A program made the translations under genes and the position numbers. A stretch of DNA of 64,000 bases from Squalus acanthias (taxonomy: Eukaryota): assembly GCA_030390025.1 (NCBI GenBank), contig CM059431.1:112346001-112410000 (forward strand), given 5' to 3'. Below, one piece after another: positions 49,309 through 60,612 of this stretch (position 1 is the first letter of the stretch; the number at the start of each line of letters is the position of its first letter). The notes below the pieces were generated by a model. The model was not told the DNA's origin. It searched no databases and worked only from the letters and a program-made list of their open reading frames with translations.

Positions 49309-50920
49309 GGGTGATAGTGATGTTGTTTTAGATTGTCAGGTGGAATCCACTGGGTCCGACACCATGACGCATATCAAAATCTAGCAGAGCTTTCACACAG
49401 CACTGAAAGTTAAAAACAAAAAGCAATCAATGTTGTCTCATGTTACATTTTCTTCGTGTTGAAAAATCTATACATGGATTCTACACAGAGAGCAGTTTGG
49501 TTATAATTATTTTCCTTTGTAATGTTTTCGTCGGGTTTGATGACCTGGATTTCAAAATAAAGGTGACATTTATTAATTCATTTCTCACAAGCTCTTCAGT
49601 TGAATCTGTCAATCATGATACGTAACTGGCTTTTGAAATATTTCTCAGAATTGATGCACCGTTATGAGAATCACATTGATGAATACATTATCTCAATGAC
49701 CTATGGATACAATGCAAGGTCTTCATACATTCTAAATGTAACACGAAAGGTCTCCCATGACGCAAAGGAAAATGGATGCAAGCTATAAACCGCTGACATA
49801 CTTTCCCCATAGTTCCCTAACTGATCTCCAACCTAATTAGATCACTGATGAGCAATCTTAGAAGAACTCCTTGCAATTATTCTCCCATTAGACACTAATT
49901 TGGTAAAGCGAAAATAGCGAGAAGTTGAGACCTAACTGTAACAAATAGAAAGATTTGGTCACAATTATAATCATAGGAAAGTCTACATTTTAATATCTAT
50001 TTATAGGAAACTAGCAGTTATTTAAAATGTTGCTACTGCTGCTTATTTTTGGACTCGAAGTGAATCAAGAGATATGGAGATCGTGTGGGAAAGTGGAGAT
50101 GAGGTAAAAGTTCAGCCATGATCTTATTGAAAGCCTACTCCTGCTCCTATTTCTTATGTTCTTATGTTATGGGGACTCCGAAGGAGGTGAAATTCATCTT
50201 GGCCAGTAGCGCAAAACGGGTGATAGCATACCGGCAGCCTGTTTTAAACTCCATTTTCTTTCCTATTGACTTCTATTGTCTTAAATGATTAAACTGCTAG
50301 AACATTATAGCCCACATGTGGCTATTATTTTTTCTGCAGGCAAAACTGGGCTACCTGTGTACACAATATGAAGTGTGGGTTTCCGCTCGTACCTATTAGC
50401 TGCCTTACGCGCTATTAAACGAAAGTGGCCCTGCGCTTCAGTACTTGGACCAATCACATCCCGATACTGACTGGGGATTTTTGAATGAATGGCATCCGTG
50501 TATCAATGTCATTTTAGAAAATGTGAATGGGCTTCTTTGCTGTGATATAAGGAAAAACAGTAAGGGGTAGAAATTAGGTCGCGCCACATTTGGGGCGCAA
50601 ATATCGTCCGCGCGCAAATATTAGCGCCTGGCGCTAATTATCGGCACTGACAGGAAACTTCACTTTTACCGCCCCGGGAGGTGAGTGGAGTGCTAAATTA
50701 GGCGCTGCACACCTCTCTTAAGGCGCAAAGGCCTAGGAGTGAGGCGCTACCTCAGCGCACGAGCGCAGCGCAGCTGCTGCCAGTTAGCGAGGGAACACAG
50801 ACACACTGGCGCCGGACACTTCTTAAAGCGGGGGGGGCCACTTGCTCCCCAGCCACACCCTGCTCATTGCAGCCTTGAATCTCAGCCTGGAGAGACCTGT
50901 AATCCATTTTGCTGCCAAGC

Positions 50921-51157
50921 ATGGAGAGGGTGAGAGAACGCGCTCATCGCTTCACCGAGCGGGCCTTGGATGCTCTGGTTGACGCAGTGGAGCGCAGACG
51001 ATGCATGCTGTTCCCGGAGAGTGGCAGGAGGCCTTTGCCACGCGAGTTCAGAAGAGTGTGGAGGGAGGTGGCTCAGAGCGTCTCCTCCAGGAGCATGGTG
51101 CCCAGGACCCATGTCCAGTGCCGCAAAAAGTTCAACGACCTCACTCGGGTCGTCAGG
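50921..51157 (+). CDS. Harbinger Myb/SANT DNA-binding protein, exon 1 (79 codons)
   Basis: ATG 50921; RERAHRFTERALDALVDAVE..W.EVAQSVS..RT..QCRKKFNDL is a Myb/SANT-like trihelix; ends AGG|GTGAGT, phase 0. Confidence 0.9.
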
Positions 51158-51298
51158 GTGAGTGGCTTTTTCTCAATACCTCTCCATCCCTCCATCTCAA
51201 CCTCACTCTATGGCCAGAGGGTCTTAAAACCCCAATGCACAACACTCATGCAACACCTATGGCCCTTTCATCAAACACACACACACATTCCACACTTT

Positions 51299-51575
51299 GC
51301 ATACAGTAAGGGCTATTCACCTATGGGAGGCACATCAGGCAAGACCATGGCTGCATACAGTAAGGGCTATTCACCTATGGGAGGCACATCAGGCAAGACC
51401 ATGGCTGCATACAGTAAGGGCTATTCACCTATGGGAGGCACATCAGGCAAGACCATGGCTGCATATTGTAAGGGCTATTCACCTATGGGAGGCACATCAG
51501 GCAAGACCATGGCTGCATATTGTAAGGGCTATTCACCTATGGGAGGCACATCAGGCAAGACCATGGCTGTATATT
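51299..51575 (+). repeat. 54-bp tandem repeat, about 5 copies, in intron 1 of the Myb/SANT gene
   Basis: Unit GCATACAGTAAGGGCTATTCACCTATGGGAGGCACATCAGGCAAGACCATGGCT, near-identical copies. Confidence 0.95.
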
Positions 51576-51603
51576 GACTCAGATGCTGTCCTTTTTCTTG
51601 CAG

Positions 51604-51766
51604 GCTAAGCTGGCTCATAATCGGAGACAACAGCAACGGACGGGTGGAGGGCGGCTTCAGCTGCAACCCCTCAGCGATCTGGAGGAGCGCGTCCACAGGA
51701 TTGTGGCAAGCCGGGTGATCGGTCCCGTCGCCACTGGAGACGCCGACCCCGTTGTGGACAGCAATG
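51604..51766 (+). CDS. Harbinger Myb/SANT protein, exon 2
   Basis: Acceptor CTTTTTCTTGCAG|; AKLAHNRRQQQRTGGG..PLSDLEE as expected after the SANT domain; donor G|GTAAGG, phase 1. Confidence 0.85.
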
Positions 51767-51925
51767 GTAAGGTCATCACCTTTTTGTCCTCTGTCCTTCC
51801 ACTTGTCCCTCACAATACCAGCCTTTGACACTTTCAATCCAACTTGCTAACTCGCTGCACTTATTCCTCCCTTACTGCCACCCTGTCCTCACGCTAAAGC
51901 CACTCTTGTACCTCCCTGCTTTCAG

Positions 51926-52992
51926 ATGGTGATTCACCAGCTGAGGAGATGGTCCCTGAAGCTGCCACTGGGAGTGATGCTGCAGCTGAGGAGGAAGAGG
52001 AAGCCGGAGCATCAGTGCCACCCTCTCCCGAGGAAGCCCATGGCCACACTGGGAACACGCCTTCCCCGGAGGGGAGCAGGGGGGAAGGGGCTGATGATGG
52101 TGAAGTTCCAGGACCCAGCGGGCTGCAGCAACGCCATTGGGGGGGGAGGGAAGAACGGGGGAGCAGGGGGGAAGGGGCTGATGATGGTGAAGTTCCAGGA
52201 CCCAGCGGGCTGCAGCAACGCCATGGGGGGGGGAGGGAAGAACGGGAGCCTTCTCCCCAGAGGGAGAGTATGCCAGACACTCCTAATGCAATGGACGCAG
52301 AGGAGGAGCGGCTGATTGCAGAAATGAACAGCCAGGCGGTGGTCATGCACACTGAGCTCATGGGTGCAGTGGGAAGGGTGCCCGAATGCATTGAGGCACT
52401 GGCAAGGAGTGTGGAGCACTTCGCTGTAGCACAGGCGGATGCCACACTAAAGCTTACTGCTGCAATTCAGTCACTGGCTGCCAGGAACCCATCTGAGCCT
52501 GCTCTCATGCAGACTCAGATTGAGGCCACGCGAGCACTGACTGCTGCCATCCTCGATGGTTCGTGCACATGTCCCTGGGGCTGTCACCGCGCCGCAGCAG
52601 GCCAGCAATCTGTTCTCCGGCAAATTGCTCCGGATGCTGAAGTGCTGCCCCGTGGGAGTGCCAGTGTGTCGGGCGAGCAGGGAGTTGCTGTCCTCTCTCA
52701 CGATGACAGCATTCCTGCTGCCAACACTGTCACTTCTCCACTGCACTTGCCACCGCCTGTAGGACAGACTGCTGCCGCCCATGCAGAGTTGGTGCAGTCT
52801 GCAGCCGGGCCCTCCAGGCCCAGAAGTGGTCGAGGCCGTCCTTCAGGGGCATCTGCAGTGTCAGGGTCTGACAAGCAGCAGCCTTCCACCAGCCTTGCTG
52901 CAGCCACTGAGGTCCCATTACGGAGGAGCAGTAGGGTTAGAAGGGGGGAAGTGCGCAAGGGAAGGAGATCACCCTCGAAGGGCAAAAAGTAG
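51926..52992 (+). CDS. Harbinger Myb/SANT protein, exon 3 (acidic, low-complexity and helical C-terminus, basic tail)
   Basis: Acceptor CTGCTTTCAG|AT completes the phase-1 codon and runs in frame into ORF 51949-52992; spliced product ~488 aa; AATAAA near 53170. Confidence 0.8.
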
Positions 52993-53286
52993 GAGGTGTG
53001 CCAAAATGCTGGTCATTTTTTTATTAAAGGCCGAGGTTCATGGCCCAACTTTTGTTTAGTGTTTTGGACATTATCTCCAGGTTGTGAGAACCAGTTATGT
53101 TATTGACTGTTTTTTTGTGTTTATTTCTATGAGTTTGTCATGAGGAATTGACACACACAGAGTTTGTACAATAAATAAGTTTCTGTATTCAAAATATACA
53201 TGGCTGGTGGTTGGAATTATTGGTGCCTTGGCCGGCTTAGGGGTTGCGTGCTGGGTTGATTCGTGTTTGTAGCACTGGCAGGGGCC

Positions 53287-54447
53287 CTAGAAGCGGCTTG
53301 CTATTAGTCGTTGACGGACGGCCCTTGCAGTTTGACCATTGTGGGCCGCCCTCCTGCCTTGGTGCTGCTGCTGATCATCGTCCTCGGCCTGTTCCTCCTC
53401 TTCCTCCTCCTCCTCTTGTGGTGCTGCAAGGCCTGGTGGCATTGGCTGCGTCCTGAGGATTGCCATGTTGTGCAACATGCAGCACACCACTACGAATTTG
53501 GAAACTTGCTCAGGCGAGTACTGCAGGGCTCCTCCGGAATGGTCCAGACAGCGGAATCGTTGTTTGAGCACGCCGATTGTGCGCTCAATAATGTTCCTCG
53601 TTGCTTGTTGGCTTTCCTGGTACCGCAGCTCAGCAGGGGTGTTTGGCGCACGGAGCGGTGTCATCAGCCAGGTGCTCAATGCGTACCCCTTGTCCCCCAG
53701 AAGCCAACCAACTGGCTGATGCGGTGCCTCGAAAATTTCTGCCACAGTACTCTGGCGCAGGATGAAAGCATCGTGGCAGCTGCCCGGATAGTGGGCATTG
53801 ACAGCGAGAATCACCTGTCTGTGGTCACAGACCAACTGCACATTCAAGGAATGGAACCCCTTTCTGTTCCGGAACTCCTCTGCATTCTCTCGCGGAGCAC
53901 GCAAAGCCACATGCGTGCAGTCAATGGCGCCCTGCACCATGGGGAAGCCCGCTACCCTCGCAAAGCCCATAGCACGGTCATGCTGCTTGTCTGGGGTCAT
54001 AGGGAAGGAGATGAAGTCTCGTCTCCTTGTGAAGAGGGCATTGGTGACCTGCCGGATGCAGCGATGCACCGCAAACTGGGAGATATTGGCGAGGTCCCCA
54101 ACAGCAGCTTGGAATGAGCCAGTGGCGTAGAAGTTCAAAGCCACTGTGACCTTCACTGCCACCGACAGAGACGTCCTGGACCTCAGCTGAGGCTGCAGAT
54201 CTGGCTGCAGCAGGTGGCAGAGCTCAGTGACCACCTCCTTGCTGAATCGCAGCCTTCGCAAACACAGCTCCTCAGACATGTGGATGTAGGAGAGCTGTTC
54301 ACGATATACCCTGGGAGGGTAAGCTCTCCTGTACATGCGCCTGATGGCCCTCCTCCGTCTGGCCATCATTGCCACTCTCTGTCTGCGTCTCACTCTCCTC
54401 CGATTGAGCTGGAGCAGGACGACGCCCCCAATCATTGCAGCCCCCAT
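53287..54447 (-). CDS. Harbinger (HARBI1-like) DDE transposase, 386 aa, uninterrupted
   Basis: Motifs GAIDCTHV, RNRKGFHSLNVQLVCD, YPGSCHDA, LLGDKGY, RNIIERTIGVLKQRFRCL, CCMLHN; candidate catalytic D/D/E all present. Confidence 0.95.
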   Translation of the reverse strand: MGAAMIGGVVLLQLNRRRVRRRQRVAMMARRRRAIRRMYRRAYPPRVYREQLSYIHMSEELCLRRLRFSKEVVTELCHLLQPDLQPQLRSRTSLSVAVKVTVALNFYATGSFQAAVGDLANISQFAVHRCIRQVTNALFTRRRDFISFPMTPDKQHDRAMGFARVAGFPMVQGAIDCTHVALRAPRENAEEFRNRKGFHSLNVQLVCDHRQVILAVNAHYPGSCHDAFILRQSTVAEIFEAPHQPVGWLLGDKGYALSTWLMTPLRAPNTPAELRYQESQQATRNIIERTIGVLKQRFRCLDHSGGALQYSPEQVSKFVVVCCMLHNMAILRTQPMPPGLAAPQEEEEEEEEQAEDDDQQQHQGRRAAHNGQTARAVRQRLIASRF

Positions 54448-54642
54448 ATTCTCTTTGCCAGAAAAGTAATGAGGTACAGCAACGAAAGTAGCAGCAAAGT
54501 TAGGATGAACTAGGCAAAACTACCTCACAAAGCGTTGAGTCAATGTAGAAGTCTCTCTCTCTCTCTCTCCGAATCTCTCTCTCTCTCTCAGAACGAGTGG
54601 TGCATAAATGTCGACCACAGAAAAAGACAGGAAGAGGCCCCC

Positions 54643-54650
54643 TTTAAATA
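54643..54650 (-). promoter_or_regulatory. Candidate TATA box of the transposase gene
   Basis: GCGCTATTTAAAGG ~200 bp upstream of the ATG; same motif kept in related elements near 31345 and 56157. Confidence 0.5.
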
Positions 54651-55365
54651 GCGCCCCCCCCCAGCCCCACACCGATTGATAACGTTCCAGTCTTCCGGTC
54701 GTTGGAAGCGCCAGGCGGTAAGGCAGGGGGCGCCACTCAATTTCCGCTCCGGGGCGCCCCAAGGGCGTTGCACCACGGAATGACATCACAATCTGCGCGC
54801 GCAGGTGGTCGCAGCGGTAAGTTTTAGCGCCGCCGCACAATCTCAAGTTAAGTTCTCGAGCGGCGCAAACAGCGCTGCGCCCGGGCGTTAGCGCCTTAAC
54901 GCCCCATTAGCGCCCATTTAAGGCGCTAACGGGAGGCGCAACCAACTGAATTTTTACCCCTAAGTTTGTTACTACATCGGTAAGTACAGGGAATTGAGCT
55001 TCGCGAAATTGCTTAATGCTTTATAGGCGGTGCCTTTGTAATTGACTCCTATGGTACTGGCACACGGTTAGCACTACTTGCCCTATATAGGTGGCTGCCC
55101 GAGATAAGTATGGATGGTATAAGTGGATTCTCTGGGATGGCGACCTGCAGTGCCAAGTTAGGTAGCTCTCCTCCGTCCAACAGGGAGTCAGGTGCTGTGC
55201 CACTCTATTACTTGCCCATAGACTCTGCTTTGTATCTCCACCTTGGGTTTTCTTTCATTCAATTTCTCACCCTCCCCATCAGCTTTCACCAAGGTTGCAA
55301 AATACCCAAAATTGATTTTCAGGCTTGATGAAGGGTGAAATTAATATTGTCCCCACAAACACGTA

Positions 55366-57281
55366 GGCCTGAACTTTGCCTACCTGGGTGGGTCCGGTGC
55401 GGGCGGTGTCCGCGGCGAGTCCCGACCCCACTGCTGGTTCCATCCCACTGTTGAAAATGAACTTGCCTTAATGGGGCCTATTTAGCCCGCACAGCGCGTT
55501 ACCCGGCCCAATTAGATGGAGCGGGTCTGGTGACTTCATTCATGACGTGTTTTCAGTCGGGATCCTTAAAGGGACCCTGGCCACATTACATTTGACGTTT
55601 AATCTAACAAAGTGGGTGTTGAATCTTTACTGTACAATACCATAATAAAAGTTATATATGAGTGACAAAGAAATATATAAATATTATCATTAAGTAATAT
55701 GACTCCATCTATAAATACGATCAAGAACATCTTTTAAAAAGTACATTAATTGGGAAGTTATTGGCGCTAACTTCGCCGGGGCGCTAAATTAGCGTCCCGT
55801 GACGGAAATTAAGTGGTAGCGGCCCAAGAGGGAAGCGGGTCGCTACTGGAAGCGCCCCGCCTCCCTCTTGGGGCGCTGCTAGGGAATATCGCGGCACTAT
55901 GTGCCACGGTATTGCAGGCCTTCCTCCCCTTCTTAAAGGGGAGGGGCCTTGCGCAGTGCGACCCGGGGCCCAGCTGGGCCTCCGGGTATCGGGAGTGCCG
56001 GCAAAAGAGCCCGGCACTCAAGAGAAGTGCCGGGCTCATGGAGCGCAGCCGGCACTCCGCGGGGGGGGGGGGGGGCGGGTAAGGAGGCCGGGGACGGGAG
56101 CGGAGGCAGGTGCTGGCAGGCAGCCAGCAACAAAAATGGCCGCCCCGCACCTCGCCTTTAAATAGCGCTGCCCCGGCCACAGGTAGGCCCCCCTGACCCC
56201 GTCGGACATAGCGTCTGGCGGTAAGTCAGGGGGCGCTACCGAAGATTGCGGCCGGGGCGTGAGCGGGGCGCTGTGCACGGCGATGATGTCATCGCTGGTG
56301 GCGCAGCGCCGCGGGGCGCTACCGGTTACCGCCGCCGCTAACCTCCCGCTGAATTTCGCTAGTTGCTTTGCAACCGAATTTTTCCCCCATCGACTTTTGT
56401 ATCAGTAACTGACAAACCGTGTAAGTGGAGCTTACAATGTGTTTCTGGGATTTCTACAGCTCTTCCGTTGAAGTTAACAATGGATAAATGAGAGAACCTC
56501 CACAGAAATTCACCCCAAAGTCTCAGACTGAAAAATTAAATTAGTCATATTCAGGGACTGAAAGCAAATTGAACCAGTGGAATGAGTGATGAGAATGAAA
56601 TTGTTATGGTTGATGACTTGATTTAATCTGTAACTGGACAATCACAGTATACTGTGAGGAAAACCTGACCAGAAACAACACACAAATTTATTTAAATGGC
56701 ATGTGTCATTTTTTTATAGTGCAGATCAATTCACTGCAATTACTGTTGAGTTGGAAGGCAACAGCTGAGAATGGCCAGTGAAAAATGTATTTCCCTCATC
56801 ATCCAGGGCTGGAGGGGAGCCTTCAGTACTCATATCCCTTGAGGAATTTCTGAATTAACATTTATCAGTAGCCTTTCAAGTAGAACAGAATCTCCATCAA
56901 TCTGTTAGCTGATGTAATCAACATGTTTTTATTTTGGTTTGTTTTCCATGCTGCCAAGTAATCAGCTGGAGCAATGGACACGGAACTCCCGCCTCAGGTT
57001 AACAGACGTGGTTCCTGAGCTGTGTGAATCCCGTGGCCATGCAGGGAAATTTAAAAAGTATGTGAAAAACGGCTCTTAAGTGTCTGCAAACTACCTGATA
57101 ATTATCTCAATTGGGTCCCCCGCCGCTGCCAGTCGGATCAGCTCCACGATGAAAGACGCTCCTGGGAGAAAGGCGGGTGGGAGCGAGATGACAGTGGGTT
57201 CCCGACCCGCTGTCAAAAATAACAATCTTCCCACCCGACCCTCCACCGATCTCCCCCGCTACCACCCAGGAAAATTCGGCC
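55366..57281 (-). mobile_element. Non-autonomous TIR element (copy 2, inverted relative to copy 1)
   Basis: Collinear with reverse complement of 25380-25465 plus 27691-28956; ends GGCCTGAACTTTG / GGAAAATTCGGCC. Confidence 0.85.
55764..56388 (+). mobile_element. Truncated Harbinger-type non-autonomous element nested in 55366-57281
   Basis: GGCGCTA motifs, CCTTTAAATAGCGC, terminal GAATTTTTCCCCC. Confidence 0.7.
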
Positions 57282-57557
57282 ATCGTGTGTACATCCCTTT
57301 AATTTGGAGCTGCTGGCCGGAATCTCTGCTGGCACCTTGCATAAGAACAAAGCTGCTTTGGCATCTGTGTGTAAGTATTCCAAGCAGAAATTCTAGGCAG
57401 ACAGTTCACAGATCCACTTGCACAAGCTGCATCGGTAATGTGCACAGGGACCTCAATTATATTGCATATATCTCGGGAACAGGAAAAGGAACTGTTGCCC
57501 TATCACAGCTTCATAGGAAAAACAAACACATCTGCACATAAAGAAAATTACACTTTT

Positions 57558-58227
57558 GGGGCGATTTTAACTCTGCCCACTTGGCGGAAACTGGGTGGGC
57601 AGGCAGTTAAATTCAACATGGCACTCACCTGCCAATGTCCCACAACAATCCTGCGGGCTACAATTTTAACCCACTCTTCTGAGCAGGCGAGAGGGTAAAC
57701 CGCTGGAAACAGGCCAGATCCTTCGTTAAATGCGCAGATCCGGCCCCAGTGACATGTTTGGGGCCCAGCTGCTATTTTAACTGTGGGCCTGAGCAGGGAA
57801 GGAGTAGTGACTTTCTCGGCAGGTACACCTCGCGAGAAGAGGAGTCTCGCTAGGTAAGTCTTTCTACCTTTTTTTTTTACTTTCCTTGTGGGGCCGAAAG
57901 GAGCTCCCCCCAAGCCCCACAACAAAAGTTTAAGCCACCCCTGCCCCGGGCTTCCCCACCAAACCCTCCCCTCCACCCCCCCCCCCCACCCAATCAACTT
58001 ACCCGAGCACCAGCACTGCTCCTTCACCTCCCAGCGGCAGTCTCCTCCCGTCCAACATTGCTCTCCCGCCCGCCTACTAGCCAGCTGTTGTTGCTACCCG
58101 CCAGTTTCGAGCAGGAAACTGACCAGGGACATGCAGCTGAGACCTGAGAGTTAAAATCTCCCCGGCCTCATGCTGCCTATCCTTGTTCAGAATGGTTTGC
58201 CGCCTGCCCCCGAATTAAAATAGGGGT
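57558..58227. mobile_element. Probable Harbinger-type MITE
   Basis: Starts GGGGCGATTTTAAC, also seen after TAA at 63904; repeated TTTTAAC/GTTAAA motifs; right end degenerate. Confidence 0.5.
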
Positions 58228-58244
58228 TTTTATGTTTGGGGATT

Positions 58245-59463
58245 ACAATAACAACTTACATTTGAACAGCGCTTTTAACGTAGAAAATGTAGAAGCATAA
58301 TCAGATTAAAAAATGGGCGTTGACCATTGCGAGATATTGGGAGGGGTGAATATAAGCTTGGTCAAAGAGGTAAGCTTTAAGGAGGGTCTTAAAGGAGGAG
58401 AGGGAGGTGGAGAGGCAGAGAGGTTTATGAAAGAAATTCCAGAGCGTAGGACCTAGATGGCTAAAGGCACAGCCAAAAAGGGTGGGTCAAAGGGACGGGG
58501 GGGTGGGGGGGTTGCACAAGAGGCCAGAGTCAGAGGAACAAAGATTTTCAGCAGGGTGTAGGGATGAAGGAGGTTACAGAAATAGGGAGGAGCGAGGCTA
58601 TAAAGGGATGTAAACATGAAGATCAGAATTTTACAGTTGAGATGTTGAGGGACCAGGAGCCAATGTAGGCCAACAAGAACCGGGATGATGGGTGAGTGGG
58701 ACCTGGTACAGAACAGGATATGGGCAACAGAATTTGTTCGAGCTGAAGGTTATGGAGGGTGGAAGATGGGAGGTCGGCCAGAAGTGCATTAGAATAGTCA
58801 AGTCTGAAGTTGACAAAAGCATGTATTAGGCTTTCAACAGCAAATGGGCTAAGGCAGAGGTGGAGGTGGCCGATGTTATGGAGGTGAAAGTAGATGGCCT
58901 TTGTGATGGAGAGGATATGGGATACGAAGCTCAGCTCAGGGTCAAATAGAAGGTCGAATTTGCGAACAGTCTGGTTCAACCTGAGTCAGTGGCTGGGAGA
59001 GGGGTTTGAATCAGTGGCATGGATATGAAGATGGCTTTGGTCTTCCCAATGCTTAAGTGGGGGTAATTGTAACTCATCCAAGACTAAAAGTTGGACAAGC
59101 AGTTGGACAACACAAAGGGAGTGGATGGGTCTTGACAGGTGATGGACAGGTAGAGCTGGGGGTTGTCAGTGTACATGTAGAAGCTAACCCTATGTCTTTA
59201 GATGATATTGCAAAGGGGCAGCATGTAGATGAGGAAGAGGAGATAGCCAAGGATAGGCCCTTGGGGTCTATAACAGACATAACAGTGTAGGGGCAGGAAG
59301 AGAAGCCATTGCTGGCGATGCTCTGCCTATGATTGGATACGTTAGAGTGGAACCAAGCAAGGGCAGTCGCACTGAGCTGAACAGTGGAGGGGAGGTGTTG
59401 GAGGAGGAGGATGGTGTTGGTTAATGATGTCAAAAGCTGAAGAGTGGTTGAGAAGGATGAGAA
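58245..59463 (-). mobile_element. L2-clade LINE 3' part
   Basis: FDPELSFVSHI..AIYFHLHNI..LIHAFV..RLDYSNALL; ALAWFHS; (TTG)n-like tail; extra fragment ~60005-60125. Confidence 0.88.
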
Positions 59464-60612
59464 TTACTCAAAATAAAAGATAACATGATTATATTTCAAG
59501 CAAAATAAAAACAATCCTGGGGTCCCAGGCAGCTGCATATACTGAAAATCACTTTACACTTTAAAATTTAAGGTTTAGTCACAGACCATAATTTGCTTGC
59601 TATGCCCAAACACCTAATCAGTCCAAATAATGATTAACTCATAATGAACAAAGCATTGCATTATATTGTCAAGAATCTGAGGTCAAAGACCAAACTCAAC
59701 ATGGCATTCTGATAAGCAAAAATAGTGCTGCTCTTTACAAGTTATTCAAATGGAGAAAATTATTCAAATGGAGAAAAATAGAAAGTCAGTATCATGAGGT
59801 CAACATAAATAGCAAGCAACCTGTGCTTCATTCATATTCTCCACCACATGTTTCAGAACAGATCCTAGGACTCAATAAGAGTAGTAAGTAAATTAAATAT
59901 GTGTTCTCAACTTGTTAACTCACTTCTCCAGATTTCCTGTGTCACTAAATATACAGTATCATGGGATCAAGTTGCACAGAAATCTCTACTTATTCATGGT
60001 TTCCTGTCTGGGTGCCAAGGCATTCAGATGAGGAAGAGGAGGGGGGCCAAGGATAGACTCTTGGTAACTCCAGATGTAACAGTGCAGGGGCAGGAAGAGA
60101 AGCAATTGCTGGCGATGCATGGATATTGCTAACTTAATTTTGGACTGTTGGATTTTGATTAGAAAGCTAGATCTCAAAGGGGGAGGCTGTGGAGGCTTTG
60201 TTTTCCTTTTACAATTATTCCGCAACATGCTTGATGAATCAAAACAGGGACACTGGAGAACAGCAGCATCAGGGAAAGCCACTGAGTGAGACTCTTATCA
60301 TGGAGTCAGTTAACAGTGGCAGCAGTGCATGCATGCATTAACATCAGCATATTTTTTCCTGCACTCTGGGGAGTTGCAGTGACAGATAGGACAGCTTCCT
60401 GGAGCAGAGGAAATTTGAATACACTGAGGTAAATGCAAAGAGGATTATGCAGACAAGCAGACCTCGTCTGCAAGCCAGCAAGTTCTAGCAATGACTCAGT
60501 GATCTCTTCTTAGCAAAGGAAAAGATATCTTCTCAGTAGGGGGCCATCCACCCCCAACATTAACTTTTCTTTCTCCCCCAAGTCAGCACCTATACTGACG
60601 CACATGTATAAT

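Larger units (their letters stand above)
50564..54960. mobile_element. Full-length autonomous PIF/Harbinger DNA transposon (~4.4 kb)
   Basis: TAA at 50561-50563 and 54961-54963; TIRs GGGGTAGAAATT / AATTTTTACCCC (11 of 12 match); encloses convergent DDE transposase and Myb/SANT genes, the canonical Harbinger layout. Confidence 0.95.

Noticed and set aside
51299..51575. Regular repeat array as possible CRISPR
   Set aside because: Head-to-tail units with no unique spacers, in a eukaryotic intron
53311..54117. 268-aa + strand ORF
   Set aside because: Antisense shadow of the transposase; no recognisable domain
53287..54447. Host HARBI1 gene
   Set aside because: Flanked by TIRs and a TAA TSD and paired with a Myb gene, so a transposon ORF; no symbol assigned
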